This document shows positions 41,101 to 51,690 of a stretch of 64,000 nucleotides of DNA, one piece after another. The DNA comes from an uncultured cyanobacterium (lineage in GTDB: Bacteria > Cyanobacteriota > Cyanobacteriia > Pseudanabaenales > Pseudanabaenaceae). Position 1 is the stretch's first letter; each line of letters starts with the position of its first letter. Under the pieces are notes generated by a model. It worked only from the letters and a program-made list of their open reading frames with translations. It made no database searches and was not told where the DNA came from. Where the stretch lies: assembly GCA_963703315.1 (NCBI GenBank), contig OY969811.1, forward strand, positions 1,632,001 through 1,696,000, in the 5' to 3' direction. The position numbers and the translations under genes are program-made.

Positions 41101-42383
41101 ATCGAGAGCCAATGATATCCAGCCGTCACCGATTGCTTGAGTAGGGGTTGCAAAATTCTAGACAAATCGATTCTGGCTTTCTCTGGATTGACCCAATAGA
41201 GACAAAGCGAACTAAAAAATGCTTCGAGGCAATGGTTTTGAGTGTGATCATGGAGATATTCATTACTCAGCAGATCCTTTTGGGGAATATCGCCTAGTTG
41301 AAACTTTAAAACCCTTTGCAGTCGGCTATAGGTCGTCTGTAGCCAATGATTAGTTTGTTTGACCATCAGCGCTGCATAGCCTTCGGCTTCGCGCATACTT
41401 TCCGCCGTTCCCTCTTGAATCAGCGCTAGCATGAAAAACAAACCTGCTTCACCACTAAAATAGATTTGGCGCTTACCCGTGGCTTTTCTAATCGATTTAA
41501 GCGATAGACGAAACTTTGTAATTGCGCCTTTAGGATCGCCCTTCAGAAAATATAACCAAGCTAGAAAACTATCTCCTGCTTCTTTATAGCTATCGGACAG
41601 ACGATTATAAGCAGCCTCAGCAGTGGCTAAGTCGGCACGTAATAAACTCTGCTCGATCAAGACTAATAGTAGCGAGTCGGTACAGCGATCGCTTTGAGCC
41701 TGAAAGTTTTGATTGAGTAATTCCCAAGCCTGATCGGTGTTTTTTAACTTCAGCATTCCATTGCTGAGAATCGTGGCTAAACCGACTTCATAAAATTCGG
41801 GCTTTAAATTTTGAAACCATAAGGGATCAAAGGGATTATTGCAGACCTGAAATAGAATAATATCTAAAGTAATTTTTTGTTGCGAATAGCTGTATCGATA
41901 AAAATCATCAAATTGCTTCGCCACAAAATCCCAATCATTGCGGTAAATGCCAATCCTGACTTCCCGTACAAACTGAGATTCGCTCCTGAAACTACGCGAA
42001 CTCGGCTTTCCATAGGCTGGGACTGGAAGCTTCGCCTCGATCGCAGCGACAATCTGCTCAAATGTGCCAATCTGAACTGCATCGCGTGCTGCAATATCAA
42101 TCAAGAGGGCATTACACTGTGGTCCTTGAGAACGCTCCTGATTGAGTAAATTGAGTTTTAAGAGTTTATTGATATAGGGACTCAACGTCACATTGGATAA
42201 GGGCTTATTCTCCTTATCTCTGGCTCCAAGATGATTCAGGCAATCCAAAAATGTGGTGCGATTAACGGGGTCAAAGGCGATCGCAAAGGTTTGGATGATC
42301 AGTTTCTCTATCTCTGACAATTTGCGATAAAGCACTGTCAAGTTTTCATAGAGCTTGGTAGAATCAACTTGGAAATCAGGCAT
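38163..42383 (-). CDS. SNF2-family helicase with long N-terminal region
   Basis: LADDMGLGKT, DEAQ, TGTPIEN, SLKAGGTGLNL, QASDRAHRIGQ. Confidence 0.92.
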   Translation of the reverse strand: MPDFQVDSTKLYENLTVLYRKLSEIEKLIIQTFAIAFDPVNRTTFLDCLNHLGARDKENKPLSNVTLSPYINKLLKLNLLNQERSQGPQCNALLIDIAARDAVQIGTFEQIVAAIEAKLPVPAYGKPSSRSFRSESQFVREVRIGIYRNDWDFVAKQFDDFYRYSYSQQKITLDIILFQVCNNPFDPLWFQNLKPEFYEVGLATILSNGMLKLKNTDQAWELLNQNFQAQSDRCTDSLLLVLIEQSLLRADLATAEAAYNRLSDSYKEAGDSFLAWLYFLKGDPKGAITKFRLSLKSIRKATGKRQIYFSGEAGLFFMLALIQEGTAESMREAEGYAALMVKQTNHWLQTTYSRLQRVLKFQLGDIPQKDLLSNEYLHDHTQNHCLEAFFSSLCLYWVNPEKARIDLSRILQPLLKQSVTAGYHWLSMETAELLGELSPNSIHKKHAQKLRQENHISTIVNLIRPQETWELSLNALLNLTKSPQEISKATNNSPQRLIWLISFVKGGYSVQPKEQKINAKGVWSTGRNIALKRLKESSHEFPYLTPQDIIACSHIQAYSSYGYYGQSQYEFDEETICALIGHPLVFWEDSPTTRVDIVKGEPELLVKAGKGDRLFLEFSPELKDGQSFVITKESPTRLKVTQVSESHRKITEIIGRKNRLEIPAAAKDKVLEAIHSISSIVTVHSDIGGGVSDAEEVPSDSKPHVHILPSGGGLKIAVLARPFANAGSYYRPGTGGTTVLAEIDGKRLQATRNLKEEKKLANEAIAACPTLSNFEETESEWTIDDPEFCLELLLELQALGDRIVLEWPEGEKMKISHRAGFGDFRMSINQSRDWFAAEGELKLGDDKVLDMQRLLELLDKTPSRFIPLGDGQFIALTQQFRNRLDEFRRLSEKHGKGTRFHPLAALALEDFVDEIDDLKVDKHWKAHVKKIKEMRNFEPQLPSTLQAELRDYQIEGFQWLARLAHWGVGACLADDMGLGKTLQSLALILTRAPHGSTLIVAPTSVCMNWISEAAKFAPTLNIIVFGTGDRQKVLDNLQPFDMVICSYGLMQQEEVGEMLAKVEWQTVVLDEAQAIKNTATKRSQAAMNLQSSFKLITTGTPIENHLGELWNLFRFINPGLLGSLDNFNTNYANPIERSQDREARNQLKKLIQPFILRRTKNQVLQELPSRTEVTLQVELTKEELAFYEALRREAIAKLADTNANAGQKHLQVLAEIMKLRRACCNTKLVRPDIPLPSSKLQLFGEVVNELLDNKHKALVFSQFVDHLHIIRDYLDSQKISYQYLDGSTPAKDRKKRVEAFQAGEGDVFLISLKAGGTGLNLTAADYVIHMDPWWNPAVEDQASDRAHRIGQKRPVTIYRLVAKGTIEEKIVDLHTHKRDLADSLLEGTDMSGKVTTDALLQLINEI

Positions 42384-42504
42384 ATCTAAAGTTTGGATTG
42401 TGATTGGAGAAATTGGCGATCATTGGCAAAAAACAAGTTAAATACTTTTATTGCCAGTACTAGCAAATGTTAATCCTACCAAAAATCTGGATTTCACAAC
42501 AGGA

Positions 42505-42610
42505 TTAAGTAGCTAGGCATAAGTAAACTTAAAACCTAGAAGCTTGTGCCGCCCGCTACGCGGGCGGCACAAGCTCTGGTTTTAGTTTTTAACTATGCTG
42601 AGCTACTTAA
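42505..42610. repeat. MITE-like 106-bp imperfect palindrome bounded by TTAA
   Basis: ttaagtagct...cttgtgccgcccgc-tac-gcgggcggcacaag...agctacttaa. Confidence 0.65.
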
Positions 42611-42760
42611 TGTTAATGCGTCACAAATTTTGTCGTTACCAAAAATGCAACTGATTAACTAACCCTTGTAAAGGGTGACAAACTTAATATCAGGAAATAT
42701 TAACAGCTTGCCGAACTGCGTAGATTCAAGGATGCAGAAGGCATTGAGGAGCGAATTACC

Positions 42761-45298
42761 ATGAAATCGATCAAGCCTATTTATATTGCGATACCTGTAG
42801 CGATCGCCCTTGCAGGTGTCATTGCTCATCGCACCTTAGCACAGTCTAATTCCATCAATAAACCTCTACAAACTCCTACAGCTATGATTACTTCAGGAAT
42901 TATTGAACCAGTTAGCGATCGCAGTTTGAGCAGTGTTCCTAACCCCAATGACAGGGAGCGACCTGTCGGCGGTCTGTATGTGCAAACACCCGATCGCAAA
43001 CAGCAACCCTTCACGCTCACCAATACCGATGTCAAGGGCAAAATATCAGGCAATATTTCGCGAGTAGAAGTTACCCAGACTTTTCAGAATCCCTATGACA
43101 AGCCGCTAGAAGCAATTTATGTATTTCCATTGCCCGATCAAGCTGCTGTCGATGATATGGAAATTAAGATCGGCGATCGGGTGATTAAAGGGAATATCAA
43201 AAAACGTGAAGAAGCTAAGGAAATCTATGAACGAGCCAGACAAGAAGGACGCACCGCAGGTCTCCTAGAGCAAGATCGGGATAATATCTTCACGCAATCT
43301 TTGGCAAATATTAAACCAGGGGAACAAATCAAGGTCACGATTCGCTATACCGAAAGCTTGAAATTTGAGCAGGGTGATTATGAATTTGTCTTCCCGATGG
43401 TGGTTGGTCCGCGCTATATTCCAGGAGCCGCGATTGACTCAAAGGGCAATACGAACCAAGTACCTGATGCTTCGCGCATTAATCCACCGATTGTCAAACC
43501 AGAAACGCGATCGGGCAATGATATTAGCGTCAGTTTACAAATTGACGCAGGTGTTCCCATTCGCAATCTCTATTCCACTTCCCATCGCCTTGACGTGAAA
43601 AATAATGGCGAAACTGTAGAATTGCAACTTGCTAAGGGCGATAACATTCCCAATAAGGATCTGATTGTCCGTTATAAGGTCAGTGGCGATCGCACTACGC
43701 CCACAATTCTGACCACAACTACCGATCAAGGCGCACACTTTGCTACTTATCTGATCCCTGCGATCGCCTATCGTGCCGATCAAATTGTGCCTAAGGATGT
43801 AGTTTTCTTGATGGATACGTCAGGTTCCCAATCTGGCGATCCGATTGTGAAGTCACGGGAACTGATGCGCCGCTTTATCAATGGCTTGAATCCTAACGAT
43901 ACCTTTACGATTATTGATTTCTCCAGCACTACCCGTCAGCTTTCCAGCTATCCATTGCAAAATAATGCGATCAATCGCCAGAAAGCGATGAACTACATCG
44001 ATCAAGTTGATGCCAATGGTGGTACAGAACTCATGAATGGAATCAATGCGGTTACAAATTTCCCTGCCGCCAGTGATGGCAGAATTCGCAGCGTGGTCTT
44101 GATTACCGATGGCTACATTGGCAATGACAATGAAGTGATTGCCACAGTGCAGAAAAACCTCAAACAGGGAAACCGTCTCTACAGCTTTGGTGTGGGTAGT
44201 TCCGTTAACCGTTATTTGCTAGAACGGTTTGCCGAAGTCGGTCGTGGTACATCGCGAGTAGTTCGTCAAGATGAACCCACCCAAGCGGTCGCGGAGAAAT
44301 TCTTCCGTCAGATTAATAATCCTGTCCTCACAAATATTCAAGTAAAATGGGAAGGGGACGGTGCGGCTCCTGAAATCTATCCTAGCAACGCTCCCGATCT
44401 CTTTGCGGAGCAGCCTCTAGTTCTGTTTGGCAAAAAAAGCGATCGCGCTAATGGCAAGCTCAAAATTACAGGTATCGCCGCAGGTGGTGAACGCTACGAA
44501 CAAACCCTTGACGTAAATTTCGAGAATGGTAATAGTAATCTCGGTATTGCTCAACTGTGGGGACGCGCCCGCATCAAAGACTTGATGAATCAGATGTTTG
44601 GCGGTGAAGTCAAATCTTTGGTGGATGCTGTCACCCAGACTGCCCTCAACTATCGCTTGCTATCGCAATATACCGCTTTTGTGGCGGTAAGTGATGAAGT
44701 GCGCGTCAGTCCTGATGGTGGCAAAGTCACCGTCCAAGTTCCTGTTGAATTACCTCAAGGTGTCAGCTATGAAGGCATTTTTGGTAGCGCCCCCACGTCA
44801 CGCTCTACCACAGCCAATGCTCCATCTCCTTCGATCGCACCATCTCAAACTCAAAATTTTAGTACCACAAGTAAACTACAAGGACAGGTCATTATTCCCA
44901 TCAAGCCCACAGGTAAGGATCAACTACAAACTAGACTGAGAGTTGATAAGAATGATGCTGCTAGCGAATCAGCAAAGGTAGCGCGACAAGCTCCTACTTC
45001 CCAAGTTCAAGTGGTTAGCATTACGGGTCTGACTGGTATTGACGTGGCAACTGCTCAACAAGCGATCGAGCAACAATTGCGATCGCTGCAAGTTCCTGCT
45101 GGCTTGAATGGTGTTATCGTTCTAGAGATGCCAATCCAAAATGGTAGATTGACTAGATTCATTTTTGATGATGTTGCTTCGACAGTGAAGGATAAAACTT
45201 TAGTGGAACTACTGAAGCGATCGCTCCAAAATGTTGTATTACCATCCACCGCTACAGGTACAGTTCGCCTGACTTTAAATGTGACATCTATCAAATAA
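42761..45298 (+). CDS. Exported VIT + vWA domain protein
   Basis: Signal peptide; VEVTQTFQNP...YVFPLP (VIT); DTSGS MIDAS, ITDG (vWA). Confidence 0.88.
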   Translation: MKSIKPIYIAIPVAIALAGVIAHRTLAQSNSINKPLQTPTAMITSGIIEPVSDRSLSSVPNPNDRERPVGGLYVQTPDRKQQPFTLTNTDVKGKISGNISRVEVTQTFQNPYDKPLEAIYVFPLPDQAAVDDMEIKIGDRVIKGNIKKREEAKEIYERARQEGRTAGLLEQDRDNIFTQSLANIKPGEQIKVTIRYTESLKFEQGDYEFVFPMVVGPRYIPGAAIDSKGNTNQVPDASRINPPIVKPETRSGNDISVSLQIDAGVPIRNLYSTSHRLDVKNNGETVELQLAKGDNIPNKDLIVRYKVSGDRTTPTILTTTTDQGAHFATYLIPAIAYRADQIVPKDVVFLMDTSGSQSGDPIVKSRELMRRFINGLNPNDTFTIIDFSSTTRQLSSYPLQNNAINRQKAMNYIDQVDANGGTELMNGINAVTNFPAASDGRIRSVVLITDGYIGNDNEVIATVQKNLKQGNRLYSFGVGSSVNRYLLERFAEVGRGTSRVVRQDEPTQAVAEKFFRQINNPVLTNIQVKWEGDGAAPEIYPSNAPDLFAEQPLVLFGKKSDRANGKLKITGIAAGGERYEQTLDVNFENGNSNLGIAQLWGRARIKDLMNQMFGGEVKSLVDAVTQTALNYRLLSQYTAFVAVSDEVRVSPDGGKVTVQVPVELPQGVSYEGIFGSAPTSRSTTANAPSPSIAPSQTQNFSTTSKLQGQVIIPIKPTGKDQLQTRLRVDKNDAASESAKVARQAPTSQVQVVSITGLTGIDVATAQQAIEQQLRSLQVPAGLNGVIVLEMPIQNGRLTRFIFDDVASTVKDKTLVELLKRSLQNVVLPSTATGTVRLTLNVTSIK

Positions 45299-45972
45299 AG
45301 TCATTAAAATTAAAACAAGAGAGTTACGCTGCATCTCTCTTGTTTTAATTGCCACTATTTTCATTAATGCATTCCAGCAATTCTAAATTAAGAACTATTT
45401 TGCGCCATTTCAGCGATCAATCGAATTATTAATAATCGGAAACTACAGTTTCTGTAAGAATTTCAAAACTGTCAAATTTTTAATTTGGAATTGTTGAATG
45501 AACCCTACAAGATCGGGGATCACGCTAAATATATAAACGATTAAGCTATTTTTCCAAAACGGTAGCTACGTGCCTTATCAGCCGCAACTACGATTCTTTC
45601 AATATCTACAGGTGCTAGTGAATGTCCTCGGTTTTTAGCGCAACAATGTAACTTCTCTGTAGCACCAAATAATACAAGACCTAAAGTATTACATTCAGAG
45701 CAATATGCCCAATAACGAGCATCGCTAACAATATAGCAAAATTCATTATTACCATATTTATCATTATAAAATAGCCCATAACAACCACTCATATTATCCT
45801 GATCTACCTTCCAAGGGTCTTGTGGTTCACCCCAAAGAATAAATAAATCTTTTGTAGTGGCTTCAACGGCAATCCAACACTTATCACGCTCTGCATCAGT
45901 TGGTTTAAGCGGCTTAATTTCCAGAAAGCAATCTAAAATCGGTAAAAAAAAGTCAGGTAAATAGCATTCTTC

Positions 45973-47105
45973 TAGGACTTACGCATTGACAAAATAGTAA
46001 AGATATGATGATTGTAAAGCAAGCGTTTATCTGATGGTGTTGGAGTGAGAGAACAGTCAAAACCCTCAACAGCTAAGTGTAATTGCAACCTCTACACTTT
46101 ATATTTGCTGGCTGAACCAAAGTATGTGAGTTGTCTGCGCCTAGCGGAGATCATGTCAGAGTTGAGTCACGACAGTGTGAACCGTTTTTTATTGCGGGAA
46201 AATTACACACCCCAAGACTTGTTTGACGAGGTGAAAGGGGAACTTATTTTTGAAGGAGGAACAGCGAGTATTGATGATAGTGTCGTGGATAAGCCTTACC
46301 GTGACCTCAAAAGAACAGAGTTATTGGGATACTTTTGGTCAGGGAAACACAAACGAACCGTTAAGGGTCTCAACCTGATTACCTTGTATTACACCGATAT
46401 AGCAGGAAACGCATATCCAGTGAACTTTCGGATTTATGATAAACAGGAGGGCAAGACTAAAAACGACTATTTTTTAGAGATGATGAGACAAATCCGAGAC
46501 TGGGGTCTGAAGCCGAATTGGGTGACGGGTGATAGTTGGTATGCAAGTCTTGAGAATCTGAAATTCCTCAGAAACGAGGGGGTAGGTTTTCTAGTTGGAG
46601 TTGCCAACAATCGTAAAGTTTCTCAAGAACAAGGCAAAGAAGTTCAGATACAAACCTTGGAGATTACTGATAGTGGGTTAGTGGTCTATCTCAAAGAATT
46701 CGGCTGGGTCAAGGTGTTTCGTCAGGACTTCAAAAACGAAGCTCGATATTACATCCTTCACCTCCAAGATTTAGAAGCACTCAAACAACTCACTCGCATA
46801 GAGTTCAAACAAGTCCATGACAGACATTGGCAAATTGAATGTTTCCACAGGGTTATCAAGCAAGTTTGTAATATTGAGCGCTTTCAGGTCAGGGATACAC
46901 AAGCGATTCGTAATCATTTCTTTTGCTCCCTCCGTGCTTTTGCCAAGTTACAAAAGATGCGAATTGATGGCTTAATCGATAATTTGTATCAGGTATCGAG
47001 GGATTTATTTATACCTGTCATTCGTCAATTTATCTTGGAAAATCTCACACAATCTGTCTCAGTTTGACTTCATATCTCGCTATTTCTGTCAATGCGTAAG
47101 TCCTA
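45973..47105 (+). mobile_element. IS701-family insertion sequence
   Basis: ~36-bp imperfect IRs starting TAGGACTTACGCATTGACA; 5-bp TSD TCTTC at 45968-45972 and 47106-47110. Confidence 0.9.
46045..47067 (+). CDS. IS701-family DDE transposase
   Basis: SHDSVNRFL, IDDSVVDKPY, GDSWY, WQIECFHRVIKQ. Confidence 0.9.
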   Translation: MREQSKPSTAKCNCNLYTLYLLAEPKYVSCLRLAEIMSELSHDSVNRFLLRENYTPQDLFDEVKGELIFEGGTASIDDSVVDKPYRDLKRTELLGYFWSGKHKRTVKGLNLITLYYTDIAGNAYPVNFRIYDKQEGKTKNDYFLEMMRQIRDWGLKPNWVTGDSWYASLENLKFLRNEGVGFLVGVANNRKVSQEQGKEVQIQTLEITDSGLVVYLKEFGWVKVFRQDFKNEARYYILHLQDLEALKQLTRIEFKQVHDRHWQIECFHRVIKQVCNIERFQVRDTQAIRNHFFCSLRAFAKLQKMRIDGLIDNLYQVSRDLFIPVIRQFILENLTQSVSV

Positions 47106-47448
47106 TCTTCATTTTCATTTTTAAAACCTTCTGGTTCATACTGCCAAACAATGCCTAATTCATCCATGAATACAGCCCATTTAGCTTCTAGACGAGAGCG
47201 AAACCATTTTCCCTTGTAGTAAGTTTCTATTATAGTTGTCATAAATTCAATCTATTTAATCTACATTATTAAAATAAAAGTCTCTTACAAAAATCATCCA
47301 ATTGGATAGATTAGTCAAAAAATAATTTTTGACTAATCTATAAAAGCCTTTTTCTAAAAAAATTATTAACTACATGATCTTTGGGGAGAGCCTCAAATGA
47401 CGTATTCTCGTTGATTTATATTTATGGCACTCTGACAATGTGTAAGTC

Positions 47449-48396
47449 CTAAAATAATAAATCGATATTTTCTTGAATAGAAGCAGCAGATGTATGGAGT
47501 GCCGCAATCTCGGCATCTGTTAACTTCAGTTCTACAACTTTTTCTACACCTTGTCGCCCTAACTGCACTGGCACACCCATAAATATATCCTTTAAGCCAT
47601 ACTCACCCGTCAGATAAGCTGCCGCAGGGAAAACACGATGACGATTGCTGATGATTGCTTCCACCATTGTATAGGCGGCGGCTGATGGTGCAAAATAAGC
47701 GCTGCCATTGTGCAGTAACTTCACAATTTCTGCCCCACCATTGCGAGTTCTCTCGATTAATCTAGCGATCGCCTCCTCTGACAATAACTCTGTAAGCGGA
47801 ACCCCATTCACTGTTGATAGGCGGGGTAAGGGCAGCATCAAGTCACCATGTCCACCCAAAACTGTGGCATAAATATCGCCACTGGATATGCCTAATTCCA
47901 TCGAGATAAAAGTTTGAAATCTTGCCGCGTCTAGAACTCCCGCCATGCCAAGTACCCTCTGAGGTGGTAAACCACTCTCTTTCCAAGCCAGATAGGTCAT
48001 TACATCCAGCGGATTTGTAACTATGAGAAAAATTGCATTGGGAGAGAAGGCGATCGCCTGTTGTACGACATCTTTCACAATGCCTGCATTAATCTTCAGC
48101 AAATCATTGCGACTCATGCCCTCCTTGCGCGGTAAACCTGCGGTGATCACAATGACATCAGAATCTTTAGTATCGCTATAGTCATTAGTCCCAATTATTT
48201 GGCGATCAAGATTAGAGATCGTATGAGCTTGTGCCAGATCGAGGGCAATTCCTTGCGGTTTGCCTTGGACAATATCGCACAAGACTACATCTGCTAAATT
48301 TTGCTTAGCAATGCGCTGAGTCAACATCCCACCGACATTGCCCGCACCGATGACAGTGACTTTAGGCGATCGATAATCTTGAATTTGTGTCGTCAT
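47449..48396 (-). CDS. mdh: Malate dehydrogenase (LDH-like)
   Basis: GAGNVG, TAGLPRKEGMSRNDLL, NPLD, GGHGD. Confidence 0.93.
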   Translation of the reverse strand: MTTQIQDYRSPKVTVIGAGNVGGMLTQRIAKQNLADVVLCDIVQGKPQGIALDLAQAHTISNLDRQIIGTNDYSDTKDSDVIVITAGLPRKEGMSRNDLLKINAGIVKDVVQQAIAFSPNAIFLIVTNPLDVMTYLAWKESGLPPQRVLGMAGVLDAARFQTFISMELGISSGDIYATVLGGHGDLMLPLPRLSTVNGVPLTELLSEEAIARLIERTRNGGAEIVKLLHNGSAYFAPSAAAYTMVEAIISNRHRVFPAAAYLTGEYGLKDIFMGVPVQLGRQGVEKVVELKLTDAEIAALHTSAASIQENIDLLF

Positions 48397-48512
48397 AAAA
48401 TTTGTCTCTTAAAAAAATCGCCTAGTTTTACCTTAACAGCAGGGAATTGATAACTTTGTTCAGATCGTGCAAAAAAATTAGAGGGCGTGCTTAGGCACGC
48501 CCTCTAATTTTT

Positions 48513-49790
48513 TTAAAACTTAATCGTCCGCCGATGGGCAGCAACAGACTCAACTAAGCCGATCGCCATAAAGTTCGCCAGTAAGGCTGATCTTCCATAA
48601 CTCAGCCAAGGCAACGGAATCCCAGTCACAGGCGCAACGTTAATATTCATGCCAATATTTACAAAGGTTTGAAATAGCACAAAGGAAAATACACCGATCG
48701 CTAAAAGTGAGCCGAAGTTGTCCCGTGCATTCACGGCAATCACCAGCAAGCGCCAGCAAATGCCTACAAACAATAACAATACGCACATACAACCAATAAA
48801 ACCGAACTCTTCACCGATCGCCGAAAAGATGAAATCCGTGTGTTGTTCAGGAATGAAATTTAGCTGTGTTTGTGTACCCTTGAGCCAACCCTGACCAAAT
48901 AGCTTTCCTGCCCCGATCGCAATTTTGGACTGGATGACGTGATAGCCTGCACCGAGGGGATCTTGGTTAGGATCGATAAATAGCAATAGTCGCTTTTTTT
49001 GATAATCATGGAGAACATTCCACAATAAAATTCCTGCTTGACCTGATACCAAATTGACCACCACCGCAATCACGGTGCTGACCACCCGAAACCAAGGTAG
49101 AGATACCCAAGCGGCTACCCCCATCAGGATTACCCAAACAATCCATGCGGGTAAATACAGTGAAAATAGGACTGCCGAAACAATGGGCGAAAAAATTAGC
49201 AACAACCAGCCCAAGCTTGCCCCTGCCCAATAGAGCATTCCAATCGTGATCGCCGCAAATACTAACGCTGTTCCCAAATTCGGTTGCAAAAATATCAAAA
49301 TCCAAGGTGGCAAAGTCACCCATGATACTTTCAGAGCATCAATCGGACTCTGAATCGGGCGATCGTGCATTACCGCTGCCAGAGAAATAATGATCCCCAC
49401 CTTGGCAAATTCTGAAGGCTGAATATTAAAACCACCAATCGTGATCCAGCGCTCTGCTCCTAAAGCAGTTGTACCGATCGCCAGCACCAAAATCAAAGAT
49501 AAGTTAGTAATCGCATAGGTAACCCAATGCAAACGCAGCAACTGGTCATAATGCGATCGGGCGATCATAAACATCGCTGTTAGTCCCACTGCTCCTGTCA
49601 CCCAATGTTGCCACCATTCAGTCCGCCTAGAACTAAAGTCTGAACTATAGATGGCAATGCCACCAATAATCATTAATACAATTGGGAACACCAATAGCAA
49701 CAGATCGGCATCACGCCACTCACGTTTGATATTTTCCCAACTTGGTAGTTCTAAACCCTTTACGATCATAAATTCAGCACTAAGTAGCAA
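48513..49790 (-). CDS. rodA: Rod shape-determining protein RodA (alternative start 49769)
   Basis: Multi-TM; QPSEFAK, IPEQHTDFIF, TGIPLPWLSYG. Confidence 0.92.
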   Translation of the reverse strand: MLLSAEFMIVKGLELPSWENIKREWRDADLLLLVFPIVLMIIGGIAIYSSDFSSRRTEWWQHWVTGAVGLTAMFMIARSHYDQLLRLHWVTYAITNLSLILVLAIGTTALGAERWITIGGFNIQPSEFAKVGIIISLAAVMHDRPIQSPIDALKVSWVTLPPWILIFLQPNLGTALVFAAITIGMLYWAGASLGWLLLIFSPIVSAVLFSLYLPAWIVWVILMGVAAWVSLPWFRVVSTVIAVVVNLVSGQAGILLWNVLHDYQKKRLLLFIDPNQDPLGAGYHVIQSKIAIGAGKLFGQGWLKGTQTQLNFIPEQHTDFIFSAIGEEFGFIGCMCVLLLFVGICWRLLVIAVNARDNFGSLLAIGVFSFVLFQTFVNIGMNINVAPVTGIPLPWLSYGRSALLANFMAIGLVESVAAHRRTIKF

Positions 49791-49849
49791 AGCTAGGATC
49801 TATTTTAATAACCAACTAAACAAATCTTTAACTTTTATCTGAATTTCAC

Positions 49850-50557
49850 CTACTTCTCTAAAACTAATATGCCCATCATGCCATTAGCGATCGCGTAATG
49901 TTTTGCTTGCGTAAATCCTGCGGCTTTGGCAAGTTTTACCTGCTCGGAACCGATGGGAAATCGAGCTAGGCTCGGCGCAATATAGGCATATTCCTCAGTC
50001 ATCTTAAAGCGATCGGCTAAGGGAACAACTACTCGATCTAGATAAAAATCTTGAAAAGCTTGCATCAGGCGATCGCTAGGACGATGAAAGTCTAAGATGG
50101 CGGCTTTTGCGTTGTTTTTTAACACCCGATGTAATTCTGATAAGCATTGGGGAATATTTGTCACATTTCGCAATCCATAGGCTAAGGTCGCTCCATCAAA
50201 TTTCTCATCGGCAAAGGGTAAGCTCAACACATTTCCCTGCTGCCATCGGATTGTTTTTTGAATACTCGGTAAATAGTTGTGAGCTTTTTGAGCCGCGATC
50301 GCTAATAGCTCTTGTGAAAAATCTACCCCGATCACTTGACCCGTTGGTGCAACTTGTCTAGCTAACAAAGCCGTCATGTCTCCAGAACCACAACAGAGAT
50401 CTAGCCATTGTTCACCCTGTTTTGGTTCACACCAACGCAATGCCATCTTTTTCCAGATGCGGTGCTGACCTAAGCTCAGGAGATCATTAAAGCGATCATA
50501 AACAGGGGCAATGCGATCGAAAATCTGTTGAATATCAGTTTCCGAAGGTTGAGACAT
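49850..50557 (-). CDS. menG: Demethylphylloquinone/menaquinone methyltransferase (UbiE/MenG)
   Basis: FDRIAPVYD, LDLCCGSGD, YGLRNV. Confidence 0.85.
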   Translation of the reverse strand: MSQPSETDIQQIFDRIAPVYDRFNDLLSLGQHRIWKKMALRWCEPKQGEQWLDLCCGSGDMTALLARQVAPTGQVIGVDFSQELLAIAAQKAHNYLPSIQKTIRWQQGNVLSLPFADEKFDGATLAYGLRNVTNIPQCLSELHRVLKNNAKAAILDFHRPSDRLMQAFQDFYLDRVVVPLADRFKMTEEYAYIAPSLARFPIGSEQVKLAKAAGFTQAKHYAIANGMMGILVLEK

Positions 50558-50777
50558 GATTTTACCTAAAACTTACAGCAATTATAATCATAAGGAGTGA
50601 CGGTGCTTTGCGCTGCCCCTCTCTTTGGGGTTTTGCTTGGCTATGGCTCCAAAGATAAAAATGGCAACGCCATTTTTATCTTTGGTATCAGCACTATCGC
50701 TGAATCTATAGGCATCAGTTTTGTCAGCGTGTAACAATGTCATACTAGATATTGGCAGTACAACCTTTGCCCTACCT

Positions 50778-51344
50778 ATGCAAAAACTTTGGTCTAGTAA
50801 AAGCAAGCGATCGCAACCATTGCCATCCGCAAATGAAGATCCATCTGCACCAGTAATAGAGGATAGTCCGCAAGAAGACCCTGATCATCTCAAAAAAACC
50901 TTTCCGTGGAAAGTTGCGGCTCCTTGGTTGTTTTTTGTGTTAGGGGTAAGTGGTGTGGTGATCGTCTCAATCATAGGCTTACAGTATCTCACTGCTCCCG
51001 ATGCAACTCCAGATAGTGAACTCGCTTGTAAGGCTCAAATTAGCGGTGATTGGCAAACACCTTTTGGGAAAGTAAAGTTGCAAGAGGAAAATGATAATTT
51101 AATTTCTGGAAAGTATGAATATGTGAATTTTGAGCGTGGCAAAATTGTCGGTGAATTGACAGGTAAGTTGAGTAATAATGTGGTTACCTTTAATTGGCAA
51201 GAAACTCCTAAACAACAGCCAAAACAGCAAGGTAAAGGGATTTTAGTCTTTGCTGAAGGCTGCAAAGAATTTTATGGTAGCTATGGGGTAGGGGAAAATA
51301 CCAATAATTTTGGTAATTGGCAAGGTTCTCGCATAACCAAATAA
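50778..51344 (+). CDS. Hypothetical single-TM protein
   Basis: TM segment followed by a beta-rich domain. Confidence 0.65.
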   Translation: MQKLWSSKSKRSQPLPSANEDPSAPVIEDSPQEDPDHLKKTFPWKVAAPWLFFVLGVSGVVIVSIIGLQYLTAPDATPDSELACKAQISGDWQTPFGKVKLQEENDNLISGKYEYVNFERGKIVGELTGKLSNNVVTFNWQETPKQQPKQQGKGILVFAEGCKEFYGSYGVGENTNNFGNWQGSRITK

Positions 51345-51690
51345 TCCTTTCTGATCAAGGTTTGTTTATATAGCAGAAGCGAGTGGTAATGAAAAGCCCT
51401 GCCATTCCCTTCTGGGATTTTGATTTGTCATAATGCTAATAATGCCGACAACTTAAAAAATGCGATAATCACCGTAGGGGAAATTTAGAATTAAGTCTAA
51501 TTTATAACTTGTAGAAATTACGCAAAAGCACTTCAAAGCTCTTGTTTTACCACAGTAAAAATTCATGATTTCCAAAGACAATTCATAGATTTTTACTATA
51601 TTTTGACACCTTACATAAGTCCTCTTCTTTTTAAGTGAGAAATTACTCATTTAAAAGTCTTTATATCACTCAATATTCAGGTCTTCATAT

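Larger units (their letters stand above)
45541..47242 (-). pseudogene. PD-(D/E)xK nuclease-like gene split by IS701-family element
   Basis: Removing the IS and one TSD copy restores FRSRLEAKWAVF...YEPEGFKNENEECYLPDFFLP...FLEIKP, continuing to the stop at 45541. Confidence 0.8.
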
